Translations under genes and position numbers: made by a program
In this document: piece by piece, positions 1-8,503 of the stretch
How positions within the stretch are numbered: position 1 is the first letter of the stretch
How the letters are laid out: each line of letters opens with the position of its first letter
Notes under the pieces: generated by a model
What the model saw: only the letters and a program-made list of their open reading frames with translations
Told to the model about the DNA's origin: nothing
The model's database searches: none
IMG/VR virus record: IMGVR_UViG_3300041809_003506
Location: 1 to 58,592 of that record
Origin: a virus
Taxonomy: Duplodnaviria > Caudoviricetes
DNA: 58,592 bases
Strand: one strand, 5' to 3'

Positions 1-50
1 GGATTCCTTGTTTGCCGGACGGGGCACTAGATAGCGGAACCGGCCGGCGC

Positions 51-79
51 TTGCAGGGCCGGAACGCGGACTGTATAAG
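51..79 (+). promoter_or_regulatory. sigma70-like promoter of tRNA-Pro
   Basis: TTGCAG (51-56), 17-bp spacer, TATAAG (74-79), 12 bp upstream of the tRNA. Confidence 0.6.
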
Positions 80-91
80 CGCCGCCAATGT

Positions 92-168
92 CGGAGTGTA
101 GCGCAGTCTGGTAGCGCACCACGTTCGGGACGTGGGGGTCGCAGGTTCAAATCCTGCCACTCCGACCA
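92..168 (+). tRNA. tRNA-Pro (anticodon CGG); probable prophage attachment site
   Basis: 77 nt cloverleaf: acceptor CGGAGTG/CACTCCG, anticodon arm CCACG-TTCGGGA-CGTGG, T-loop GGTTCAAATCC, encoded CCA end. Confidence 0.97.
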
Positions 169-242
169 GACCTTAGCTCAAATCGCAATCCTCATTGCCA
201 ATCCTTCCGCCAATCCAACGCGGAACGAGGGGCGAACATCCG

Positions 243-836
243 ATGTCTAAATTCCAAGCTTGCAAATGGCGCCACGGTTTTCTGAGGCCCGTCGTGCGCG
301 GCGAACATGGATGGCGCCGGGTGCGCCGGCGAGCGCCTTCCCGGCGTGGCCTTCCCGATGCCCAAACGATCAGAGAATTCTGGGCGCCGATATTAGCCAG
401 ACCGCCATGGAACAAGTTTCGGTCTCCCCATCATGGTCAATTCAGCTTCGATCGATGCTTCGCCTGCGGTGCTAACTCCATGATGGCGCGGGCTCACATC
501 GTGCCTCGCTGGGACGGCGGCAGTGACCGCGCAGCTAATCTTCACCTGCTTTGCCGCATATGCCACGAAATCAGCGAGGGTTATGACGGCCTTTCTTATT
601 GGCGCTGGTTTAGGGAGCAAACCTTTCAGACCGCGATCCAACAGGGCGCCGCCATGCGGGTGACCGACGTTTTCGGTGCCGCCGCCGCCGCGGAGATCAT
701 CGGCACAATTCCAGATTACGATTTGGCTTCGCTCGCCATTCAATACGCGTTCGGCATGACAGCTGCCGATCCCTTGGCGATGTCGATAAGCGGTAGCGCT
801 TTCACTCAGGAGTTTCAAAGCAGAATAGCCGCATAA
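243..836 (+). CDS. HNH endonuclease
   Basis: CFACG...AHIVPRWDGGSDRAANLHLLCRICHE motif; ATG at 243 preferred over TTG at 195. Confidence 0.8.
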   Translation: MSKFQACKWRHGFLRPVVRGEHGWRRVRRRAPSRRGLPDAQTIREFWAPILARPPWNKFRSPHHGQFSFDRCFACGANSMMARAHIVPRWDGGSDRAANLHLLCRICHEISEGYDGLSYWRWFREQTFQTAIQQGAAMRVTDVFGAAAAAEIIGTIPDYDLASLAIQYAFGMTAADPLAMSISGSAFTQEFQSRIAA

Positions 837-886
837 CTGTAGTATTCAGATCCCCTCGACACACTACCCCTAGATTCCCCTCCCCT

Positions 887-930
887 AAAACGCAAAACAG
901 GCCCGACCTGGCATCGCTGCCAAGCCGGGC
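887..930 (-). terminator. Intrinsic terminator closing the late operon
   Basis: Minus strand GCCCGGCTTGGCA-GCGA-TGCCAGGTCGGGC (13-bp stem with G-U pairs, GNRA loop), then CTGTTTTGCGTTTT. Confidence 0.7.
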
Positions 931-1025
931 TCTAAAGTCATAGGGAGGAAACGCCCAAGGAGGGCAGTCACCGTCCGGCATTCGGTTCGGACGGCTTCTC
1001 GTTGGCGGCAGAGCCGCCGAATTCG

Positions 1026-1148
1026 TCAAGTCGCGAAGCGAGCGCCCAGGCGCGCGACGAGCAGCGACGCCAGTGCCCATCCAGCCCCGGTGAAGAAGCC
1101 AACGCAAAACCAGACGCCGATCGAATACAGCGTGACGGTTGCAGGCAT
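1026..1148 (-). CDS. 40-aa single-TM membrane protein (not in ORF track)
   Basis: MPATVTLYSIGVWFCVGFFTGAGWALASLLVARLGARFAT, preceded by AAGGAAG SD. Confidence 0.6.
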   Translation of the reverse strand: MPATVTLYSIGVWFCVGFFTGAGWALASLLVARLGARFAT

Positions 1149-1152
1149 TGGA

Positions 1153-1401
1153 TCACTTCCTTTCCGGACCCATGATGCTCGGCGTTGATCCGAGCAGAGG
1201 ATCCCACGACCGCCGCGCCAGCCCCGGCGGCGCGTCGGCGAGCACCATCTGCAGCGTCGCCAGGATGGCGATCAGGACGATGAGCATCTGGCAGACCCGC
1301 TTCGGGATCGCCGGCATCCCCAAGACCTCGCAAACGAACCAAAGGATGATCGCCATGATGGCGAGCTTGGACACCTCGATGGCGAACGCGATGACGCTCA
1401 T
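1153..1401 (-). CDS. Small two-TM membrane protein
   Basis: MSVIAFAIEV...; two hydrophobic segments; ATGA overlap with the upstream gene. Confidence 0.65.
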   Translation of the reverse strand: MSVIAFAIEVSKLAIMAIILWFVCEVLGMPAIPKRVCQMLIVLIAILATLQMVLADAPPGLARRSWDPLLGSTPSIMGPERK

Positions 1402-1544
1402 ATCCGGCCCATCAACAGCAGCACGACCAGAACGATGAGCAAGATGCCGACAATCCCGATGCCCCCATGTACGGGGCCTCCGATATAGAAGCCGCCGCCA
1501 CCAAACAAGAGCACCAGAACGATGATGAGAAGGATCAGACCCAT
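1398..1544 (-). CDS. 48-aa DUF3309-like membrane protein (not in ORF track)
   Basis: MGLILLIIVLVLLFGGGGFYIGGPVHGGIGIVGILLIVLVVLLLMGRI; AAAGGAA SD. Confidence 0.75.
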   Translation of the reverse strand: MGLILLIIVLVLLFGGGGFYIGGPVHGGIGIVGILLIVLVVLLLMGRI

Positions 1545-1597
1545 TGGAGTTTCCTTTCGTTAGCGGGCGCCGCGCGAAGCATCTCCGGCCTACTGGC

Positions 1598-2062
1598 CTA
1601 CTGGCAGGCCACGACGAATGACGCGACGTGGCTATCAACAATCGGCCAAAAGAGCCCCTGCAGCGGATTGCACCAGCGCGTCACTTGCGAATGATAGTTT
1701 GCGGGACCGCAGGCGATTGCCCCAGGGACGGGAAATTCCCGCACGAATTGAAAGCTGCCGTGGTCGATCGGCACAACCTCGGACGCATCGATGTTGTTGA
1801 GGCTCAGAACGACGCCTTGCGCATCGACGATCCAGCGATGCACGAGGCCGTGGCAATCGGCATCGAACCGACCGATCGCGGCGTTGGCTTTGAACTTGAA
1901 ATTGGCGGTCTGCCCCGGCTTGACGACATTCGGCTCGATTCGAACGTCGGCGTATTCGCGCGGCGATAATCTTTCCGCCAGCAACTCGATCGCCAGCATT
2001 CCCACGATTGCCGCCAGAATGATCGGCGGGGCGTGATAGGCCAGACGCCGCCACAGGCTCAC
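1598..2062 (-). CDS. N-terminally anchored periplasmic protein with 4 Cys
   Basis: GTG start overlapping the upstream stop; TM segment PIILAAIVGMLAIELL then a beta-rich domain. Confidence 0.6.
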   Translation of the reverse strand: MSLWRRLAYHAPPIILAAIVGMLAIELLAERLSPREYADVRIEPNVVKPGQTANFKFKANAAIGRFDADCHGLVHRWIVDAQGVVLSLNNIDASEVVPIDHGSFQFVREFPVPGAIACGPANYHSQVTRWCNPLQGLFWPIVDSHVASFVVACQ

Positions 2063-2265
2063 TGCCTGCCATGCAGGACCAGTTGAATAATACCCCAAAC
2101 CGCCAACATGGCGGCCGGCAAGGCGAGCAGCCAGCGCAATGAAGTGGCGGCGATACCACGCCAGATTGCCCGGCGCTCGTACCAATGGATTACCCGCCGC
2201 GCTTTTTGTCTTTCGTGCGCGGCCAGCGGACCTTTTGGTAGGTCGTCCTCCGGATTCCATGGCAT
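2059..2265 (-). CDS. Small membrane protein, holin candidate
   Basis: 68 aa with a C-terminal TM helix, in the lysis region. Confidence 0.5.
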   Translation of the reverse strand: MPWNPEDDLPKGPLAAHERQKARRVIHWYERRAIWRGIAATSLRWLLALPAAMLAVWGIIQLVLHGRQ

Positions 2266-2309
2266 TTCTCTCCGCGCCCCTCGTTTCCTGGTTCATGTCA
2301 TGGAACGCT

Positions 2310-2948
2310 TCATGCGGCCGTCAGTGTGGCTTTCAGTTTCAGATATGCCGCCACATCGGCGCAATAGCCGAGGATGCTGTGACAGGCGAACGGGTCACGC
2401 TGCGCCTGGCCGACTGCGATCAAGAAGTGCACGTCGAGGAACGTAAACAGCGGCGGCACGTCGAACGGCAGCATCGGCACCGGATCGTTGCCGCGGCGAT
2501 ATTGCCGCACGTCGATCGACGCCAGCGCATCGACAAACTTGCCGCCACCAAAGCGTGGCGAGCCGAACGTGACGATCGCCAGCGGCGGCTTCCCCATGCA
2601 GGCCAACAATGCGCCGACGCCGAGCGCAAGCGCACCACCGAGTGAATGCCCGGTGATGATCACCGGCTTATCGGCGAGCGCGGATTGCAGCGCCGGCATG
2701 ATGCCATTGGCGCCGTCGAGGAAGCCGACGTGGCAAAGGCCGAGCTGCGGATGATCCTTTTCCAGGACCGGCAGGCAGATGAAGTCCCGCGCCCAATCTC
2801 CCGCCGTGACCGAGCCGCGGAAGGCGACGACTTGCACGTCGCCCATAACCGTGATCCGCGCATCGGTGCCGGCCATCGGCACCGGCAGCGTCGGCGGATC
2901 GGCGTAGGTCGCAGCGCAGAGCTGCGCCAGATCGGCGTCGGAGATCAT
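2310..2948 (-). CDS. Class 3 lipase / phospholipase
   Basis: VAFRGS, HVGF, ITGHSLGGALA (GxSxG), TFGSPR, NDPVP and terminal His; start MISDAD couples to the upstream stop. Confidence 0.9.
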   Translation of the reverse strand: MISDADLAQLCAATYADPPTLPVPMAGTDARITVMGDVQVVAFRGSVTAGDWARDFICLPVLEKDHPQLGLCHVGFLDGANGIMPALQSALADKPVIITGHSLGGALALGVGALLACMGKPPLAIVTFGSPRFGGGKFVDALASIDVRQYRRGNDPVPMLPFDVPPLFTFLDVHFLIAVGQAQRDPFACHSILGYCADVAAYLKLKATLTAA

Positions 2949-3154
2949 GCGGGCATTCCGAATTTCTTCTCTGCCGCCGCGCGTATCTTTTCGTGCAGCG
3001 CGATCAGCTCGCCGAAAACCTTCATGAACTTGTCGAAGGAGACTTCGATCGCCTCGCCGGCCGACACGCGGAGCCATGCCTGGTCGGCAGCGCCGCGTAT
3101 CTGCTCGGCGAGCGTCTCGTCGATCGCGGCGAGCACGCGCTCGCCGGGCGTCAT
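2945..3154 (-). CDS. Hypothetical protein (69 aa)
   Basis: Translationally coupled on both sides. Confidence 0.6.
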   Translation of the reverse strand: MTPGERVLAAIDETLAEQIRGAADQAWLRVSAGEAIEVSFDKFMKVFGELIALHEKIRAAAEKKFGMPA

Positions 3155-4077
3155 GGCGTCAGCGTCATCGCCGGCAAGGTGATCGGCGCCAAGGCCGGCA
3201 TCAGAGCCGTTGCCGCCGCCGGCAGGATCTTGATGCCCACCATCGCCATGATTTGAATGAATGTGTTGATCTCGTCGCCGAGCAGCGGCGCGCAGCCGAG
3301 CTTGAGATAGGTGGGCAACCCGGCCTGCAACTGCGCAATGAAGTCACGCTTTTCCTGGAAGAGCTGCACGCCGACGAACTTGCCGGTCAGCTTGGCGGCG
3401 ACCGGCAATGATTGCAGGAACTTCACGGCAGCCGGATAGCAGGCATGCGAGATCGGGTCTTTGACGACCGCGGCAGCGCCAGGATTTGCCGGAACCGCCG
3501 GCGTCACGACCGTCACCCCGTCAGGCGCGATAACAGCCGGAACCGCCGGCGTCGCCGGGATCGCCGGAGTCACGACGGTGCCGGCGTCGACATCCGCCGC
3601 GTTGATGTCGACGACGATGGCGGCAACATCCTCCGCTTTGATTTTTTCCAATTTGTCCATCAAGTCGGCGATCGGATCGTTGCTCGTTGGCGGATTGGCT
3701 GCCGGAGCCGCGGGCACAGTCTTTTGCAGCGGCAACGACAACGGTTTCAACTTCGGGAAACTGACGCCATTCGCTGCCTGCGCCGGCATGGCGAAGGAAA
3801 GCGCAACGCCAATGATTAGAAAGCCGATCAGCGCCTTGACCGCCGGCGGGACCGAAGGCGTCGGGATCATCATCCCAGCGTCTTTCGACGAATACGCCGA
3901 CATTCCCGTCATGACAGTGGTACCGATGAACGCCAGCAATGCGCTCCAGCCCTTGACGTAGGGAATCCAGTCCAGCGGTACGACGTTGGTCAGCGAGACC
4001 GAACCCTGACCGATGCCCTGCTCGATCATCAACGCGATACCGAGGAAAACTACCCACTTCGGATCGATGCCTTTCAT
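3151..4077 (-). CDS. Membrane protein with holin-like N-terminal TMs and a Pro/Ala-rich exported C-terminal domain
   Basis: Two or three TM segments, an AQA site, then PAIPATPAVPAV repeats; AGGAGA SD. Confidence 0.6.
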   Translation of the reverse strand: MKGIDPKWVVFLGIALMIEQGIGQGSVSLTNVVPLDWIPYVKGWSALLAFIGTTVMTGMSAYSSKDAGMMIPTPSVPPAVKALIGFLIIGVALSFAMPAQAANGVSFPKLKPLSLPLQKTVPAAPAANPPTSNDPIADLMDKLEKIKAEDVAAIVVDINAADVDAGTVVTPAIPATPAVPAVIAPDGVTVVTPAVPANPGAAAVVKDPISHACYPAAVKFLQSLPVAAKLTGKFVGVQLFQEKRDFIAQLQAGLPTYLKLGCAPLLGDEINTFIQIMAMVGIKILPAAATALMPALAPITLPAMTLTP

Positions 4078-4119
4078 GGCCTTTGTCTCCTTGAGAAAAT
4101 GAAAACGGGATTTGTTTGG

Positions 4120-4404
4120 TCAGACTTTGGCGATCCGCGCCTGATAGTCGACGAGGAGCGCCCGCAGCTTGCCGATCAGCGCGATGGCGCTTGCCACTTC
4201 CGGCATCAGCGGTTCGAGCTCCGGCATGGCTTCGCCGAATTCCAGGAACGCTGGCTGTTGCGCCTCGACGCGCTTCAGCGCCGGCGCCAGGATCGTCTGC
4301 GCTTTCTCGACCGTTTGCAGCGCCACGACGATCTCCGGGACGAGCGGCTTCAGCTCGGGAACGAATACGGCGAGCTTGCGCAATGCGGATTCGATCTCTT
4401 GCAT
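4120..4404 (-). CDS. Amphipathic helical protein with an internal repeat
   Basis: PELKPLVPEI / PELEPLMPEV repeat; GAGGA SD. Confidence 0.55.
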   Translation of the reverse strand: MQEIESALRKLAVFVPELKPLVPEIVVALQTVEKAQTILAPALKRVEAQQPAFLEFGEAMPELEPLMPEVASAIALIGKLRALLVDYQARIAKV

Positions 4405-4412
4405 GGCTTTCC

Positions 4413-4655
4413 TCAATCAATCAGGCGATGGCCGCGCAGCACGGCGCGGCAGGCTGGCGAAATCTGCGCCTTGTTGATGATCAGACAGTGTGCGACCGGC
4501 CGCGGATCGCCGAAATACGCCGCCAACAAATCCCCGATCGAGCACAGCCGCCGGGCATCGGCTTCGCAGGCGATGCGTTCGCGCGACATCGTCGCGGCGT
4601 CAGCTTGCGAAGCGCAAAGGCAGAATGCGAGAATGAGCGGACCGATGACGCGCAT
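4413..4655 (-). CDS. Secreted cysteine-rich helical protein
   Basis: Signal peptide ending ADA; C-x7-C...C-x10-C pattern. Confidence 0.65.
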   Translation of the reverse strand: MRVIGPLILAFCLCASQADAATMSRERIACEADARRLCSIGDLLAAYFGDPRPVAHCLIINKAQISPACRAVLRGHRLID

Positions 4656-5497
4656 CAATTCGACGCCTGCCTGAGCTGTGCATTGATCGCCAGCCAGGTC
4701 TCCGGCCCGGCGATGCCGTCGGCTTCAAGCCCGACCGCCTCTTGGAACGCGGCAACAGCGCGCCGTGTCTCGCGGCCGTAGCTGTCATCGACCGTCAGCG
4801 GCGGATCGCAGCCGAGCGAATTCAATGCGCGCTGCACGTCGCCGGCGTCGCGCAAGCCGACTGGTGTCGCCATCGGCGGCGGCACGACGGCCGCGGCGAT
4901 CTGCATCGGTGCGGCGGGGAAGGCGACCGGCAGCGCCAGGTCGGGGCGCAGCTCGACGATACGAAACATCATCGGGATGACGCCGAGCTGCTCGTCGACG
5001 GCATTAGCGTCGAACACGCCGTCGCCGGTAAACTTGCTCCGCGTATAAATGCTCGTTCCCGCCCACAGGTATGGCGTGTGAACGCCGCGCGCGCGATAGC
5101 CGAAGCCGTTGAATAGCTCCCACTCGTAGCAGGATCGCTCCCAGCTCCAATTCGCGGCGCCGACAGCGTCGAGATGATCGATCTGGTAGGATTTGATCTG
5201 TGCCGCAGTAAAACTCGCGAACGGTCCGATGCCGCGCGGCACATGCACGGAAACGTGGTCCCACGGATCGCCCTGTGCCGGGCTCAATCTGAAATTCGAT
5301 GCCGCCTCGCGCTCGAATGAAGCCGCAGCGTCAATCTCCGGCACTTGCGTCGCATCACAGCCGGCCTTGTAGCGGCCTTCGTCGATGAAGCTGATCAGCC
5401 TGTGCGCAGCCGCCTCGACCGCGGTCCCGCGCGTGATCTTCATCTGCGCGAGCAAAGCGGTGTATTCCGGCGCGAGAACCGTGAACGGATGCTGCAT
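4655..5497 (-). CDS. Endolysin: lysozyme-like catalytic domain plus C-terminal peptidoglycan-binding domain
   Basis: ELFNGFGY...PYLWAGT...DG motif; VQRALN...VDDSYGRETRRAVAAFQ...GLEADGIAGPETW (PG_binding_1). Confidence 0.88.
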   Translation of the reverse strand: MQHPFTVLAPEYTALLAQMKITRGTAVEAAAHRLISFIDEGRYKAGCDATQVPEIDAAASFEREAASNFRLSPAQGDPWDHVSVHVPRGIGPFASFTAAQIKSYQIDHLDAVGAANWSWERSCYEWELFNGFGYRARGVHTPYLWAGTSIYTRSKFTGDGVFDANAVDEQLGVIPMMFRIVELRPDLALPVAFPAAPMQIAAAVVPPPMATPVGLRDAGDVQRALNSLGCDPPLTVDDSYGRETRRAVAAFQEAVGLEADGIAGPETWLAINAQLRQASN

Positions 5498-5519
5498 GTC
5501 GGTCTTTCAGCTTGTGCTT

Positions 5520-5804
5520 TTAGTCGTGCCAGCAGGCCGCGCGGCGATCGCGCAATTTCTTCTTTCTCGCGCCGACGGCCGCGCAGGAATGTGGTGCGAC
5601 CGGCTTGATTTTCGTGAAACGATAGTGCGGCGCGGGCGGAATGATGACGGACCGCGCCGGCGCCGGCTCGATGGGAACAACAGCAGGCGCAGCCGCAACC
5701 GCCTCATGGCGCTGCGCGTGATCGTAGGCATGCAAGCCAAAGGCCACGGCCAAACCGACGATGAGGCCGAGCAGCGCGCCGGGAACGTAATTGCGCAAAT
5801 TCAT
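5520..5804 (-). CDS. Small N-anchored or secreted protein
   Basis: Hydrophobic N-terminus, Pro/Ala linker, basic tail. Confidence 0.55.
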   Translation of the reverse strand: MNLRNYVPGALLGLIVGLAVAFGLHAYDHAQRHEAVAAAPAVVPIEPAPARSVIIPPAPHYRFTKIKPVAPHSCAAVGARKKKLRDRRAACWHD

Positions 5805-5811
5805 TTTTCAG

Positions 5812-6282
5812 TCAGCCTTGCACCAGGACGCCGTTGCGCAGGAAACCGTGCCAACGCTGATTGTCCATAAAGAATGAGCCGGCGCCGGCGGCGCAGGTGT
5901 TGCCCGCCTTGTCGACCGTTAGCTTTTCCCCGAACGTGCCGTGTCGCACCCAGCAGCGATGCGTCTTGTCATCCGGCTTGGTGCAGTTGCTGGCGCGATC
6001 ATCGATGTACCAATGATGCCGACTGTCCGGACCGGAATTCCCGATACAGACGCAAACGATCGAGAGCCCATCAGCGCCCGCTGGCGGGCCAGCTATCCGG
6101 ACCTTGCAGTCGCTGCGATCATTGGCATAGAGCGCGCCGATCGGCAGCTCGCCCGCGAGCTTCTGCTCGCCGGTTTCGACACATTGAAAGATCGTTGAAC
6201 GTCCGCGCCCGACACCAGACGGCAGATCAACCCAATCGGTCTGCCCTATCTGCTTCCACCAAGTGCAGACGTAATTCATCAC
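5812..6282 (-). CDS. Cys/His-rich hypothetical protein
   Basis: Multiple Cys and His; C-terminal WHGFLRNG; coupled to the upstream gene. Confidence 0.65.
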   Translation of the reverse strand: MMNYVCTWWKQIGQTDWVDLPSGVGRGRSTIFQCVETGEQKLAGELPIGALYANDRSDCKVRIAGPPAGADGLSIVCVCIGNSGPDSRHHWYIDDRASNCTKPDDKTHRCWVRHGTFGEKLTVDKAGNTCAAGAGSFFMDNQRWHGFLRNGVLVQG

Positions 6283-6899
6283 GCGCCCGCTCCCGGCAGA
6301 AAACAGCGGATTTGTGTAACGCTCTCAACGTCCCAATAGGGCCATACGACAGCGGGACCATACCTGTTGGGATCGGGGATGACCGCGGTGTCCGGCACGG
6401 CGATCCACTCCTTCCTTACGGGGCAGTCGCCTCCCCCTTCGACCCAACGCGGACATAGCCGCACGCGATAGCCGCCGTTTGGTCCGTCGGTATCCCAATC
6501 GACGTCCCTGACTTCCCTGCCGTCGGCGCCGGAACAGCACGGACCTTTGCTACTCGCGAGCCCGTTCCACCATTCCGCCGGCGGCGCTTTGCCTTGAGCG
6601 ATCAGGTTTGCCCAATAGCCGGTCGGATCGCCGGCGTGCGCCGGTCGAGCAATAAACAAACCGACCAGCCAGACGATGAGAATGACGGCCATTGCCAGCG
6701 CAGCGACGACGCCGGCGACAACGAACATTCGATGAATGCCCCTGTCGGCGTCGTGATCGAGCTGCTCCAGCGGTCCGAGATCGAGATGCGGCCAGTCGCC
6801 GTGCGCTTCCTGATGCACGTCGCGCGCCGGAATACCGAAATGCCGCGCCATCAGAAACCCCAAAGGATCAGCATGGCGAGCAAGGATCGCATCGGTCAC
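6279..6899 (-). CDS. Membrane-anchored or secreted Cys-containing protein
   Basis: Long hydrophobic segment ending PAHA, then CCSGADG...PNRYGPAVVW...IRCFLPGAG. Confidence 0.65.
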   Translation of the reverse strand: MTDAILARHADPLGFLMARHFGIPARDVHQEAHGDWPHLDLGPLEQLDHDADRGIHRMFVVAGVVAALAMAVILIVWLVGLFIARPAHAGDPTGYWANLIAQGKAPPAEWWNGLASSKGPCCSGADGREVRDVDWDTDGPNGGYRVRLCPRWVEGGGDCPVRKEWIAVPDTAVIPDPNRYGPAVVWPYWDVESVTQIRCFLPGAGA

Positions 6900-6916
6900 C
6901 TTGAAACTTTGCGCGA

Positions 6917-6945
6917 TTGCGCGCGGCTGGCGCGCGTTCTAAGCT
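6917..6945 (+). promoter_or_regulatory. Candidate promoter of the methyltransferase moron
   Basis: TTGCGC, 17 bp, TAAGCT, ending 9 bp before the ATG (near-leaderless). Confidence 0.4.
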
Positions 6946-6954
6946 ACGAGCCGC

Positions 6955-7767
6955 ATGAATATTCGGGCGACAAATCGCTGGAACCGGATCAAGGCGCGAC
7001 TTGCCACGCCGTTTTTGCGTCGCCTGCTGCGGCGCCGGAGTCATCTTGAACTGAGAGAAGAATTAGCGAGGCGATACATCCGCGGCGACGGCATCGAGGT
7101 CGGCGCGCTCAATGCCCCGTTACGCCTGCCGGATTGTGCGAACGCCCGCTACGTCGACCGCGCGCCGGGGAACGCGTTGCGGACAATGTATTCTTCCGAT
7201 ATCCGCGTGCAGTCGCCAGACATCGTATCCGATCTGGAAACGCTTGACGGCATTGGCGATGCGAGTCTCGATTTCGTCATCGCCAATCACGTGCTGGAAC
7301 ACGTCGAAAATCCACTGCAGGCGCTGGCGGCGGTCAGTCGCGTATTGCACCGGGACGGCATTGCCTTCATCACCCTGCCGGACAAAAGGTTCACCTTCGA
7401 TAAACGCCGCGCGATTACGCCGCTGCAGCATATCATCAGGGATTTCAACGAAGGACCGAGATGCTCGCGCCGCGAGCACTACCGGGATTGGGTCAAGAAC
7501 GTCGAACGATTGGCGGCAACGAAGGTTGAAAGACGTGCAACCGTGCTACAGAACCAAGGCGAAAACATTCATTTTCACGTGTGGGATTTCGCGGCGATGC
7601 GCGAAATGTTCGATTATGCCGCAACAGCCCTTCTCATAGATCTCGTTGTCGAGCATGCGCGCGAAAACCGCGGCGAAGTAGTGTGGGTGCTGCGACGAGA
7701 ACATGCCGCCGCAGCCAATACCTATCTCAATTGCCGGTCACGATTTTGCGGGTTCAGTGATGCTTAA
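6955..7767 (+). CDS. Class I SAM-dependent methyltransferase (moron, opposite strand)
   Basis: GIEVGAL, YVD, SLDFVIANHVLEHVENP, RVLHRDG motifs. Confidence 0.85.
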   Translation: MNIRATNRWNRIKARLATPFLRRLLRRRSHLELREELARRYIRGDGIEVGALNAPLRLPDCANARYVDRAPGNALRTMYSSDIRVQSPDIVSDLETLDGIGDASLDFVIANHVLEHVENPLQALAAVSRVLHRDGIAFITLPDKRFTFDKRRAITPLQHIIRDFNEGPRCSRREHYRDWVKNVERLAATKVERRATVLQNQGENIHFHVWDFAAMREMFDYAATALLIDLVVEHARENRGEVVWVLRREHAAAANTYLNCRSRFCGFSDA

Positions 7768-8503
7768 ATCCCGCGATGATGATGGCGTTGTAGTGCGACG
7801 TTCCCATTGTCGGGGCGTACTTGAGAGTTCCTGTACCGGAATTAACAACGCTGCCGCCTCCCCCGGAGGCGCTGCTGCTGTTCTCAAAAGTTAATGTGGA
7901 CGCCCATGCTGCGTTTGTTGAGTCCTGAGTAAAAGTCCCTGTGCCATTCCATCCTAAGAAGCCGACAAACAGTTCACCTGCTTGACCGGGGGTTCCGCTG
8001 GTAACGGATGGAGTCGAGCTGCTGGCAGTGGCCGACGCCGTCACCGCCGCATCTAATGGAGAAGGCGTGGTCTGGATGCAGGACGCGAAAAGCGCGCTGA
8101 TTGAAGTAGCATCACCGGAAGTCGCTTTAGTGTAGGTTATGCTACCGCCTGATAGCGGCAAGACGTTATAGGCATAGAAAAGCTGGATATTCCCCAAGCC
8201 AGAATTGCCGTTAACGTAGGCTTGTTTGATAAGCGTGTAGGAGTTGCCAGCAGAGTCAGCCACAGACCCGTTGCTGGATGGCTGTATTTCTGTAATTCCA
8301 ACGACGATGAGCGAGCGCGCCGGCACATTGACGCTAGTGAGCGCTACCGTTGCCCCCGATGCGTTGGCGTTCCCCCCAAGACTGTTGGCGGTTGGTACGT
8401 TGCAGCCAAAATCAACGATGGGCCACAGCAGTTGCGCGCGAGGCACATCGCCGTAAGCGAACAGAGAAACAAAAACGGAAAAAAATAAAAGAAATTTTTT
8501 CAC
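7754..8503 (-). CDS. Signal-peptide-bearing Ser/Thr/Gly-rich beta protein; terminal fibre or receptor-binding candidate
   Basis: GTG start overlapping the upstream TGA; MKKFLLFFSVFVSLFAYGDVPRA leader; visibly lower GC. Confidence 0.7.
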   Translation of the reverse strand: MKKFLLFFSVFVSLFAYGDVPRAQLLWPIVDFGCNVPTANSLGGNANASGATVALTSVNVPARSLIVVGITEIQPSSNGSVADSAGNSYTLIKQAYVNGNSGLGNIQLFYAYNVLPLSGGSITYTKATSGDATSISALFASCIQTTPSPLDAAVTASATASSSTPSVTSGTPGQAGELFVGFLGWNGTGTFTQDSTNAAWASTLTFENSSSASGGGGSVVNSGTGTLKYAPTMGTSHYNAIIIAGFKHH

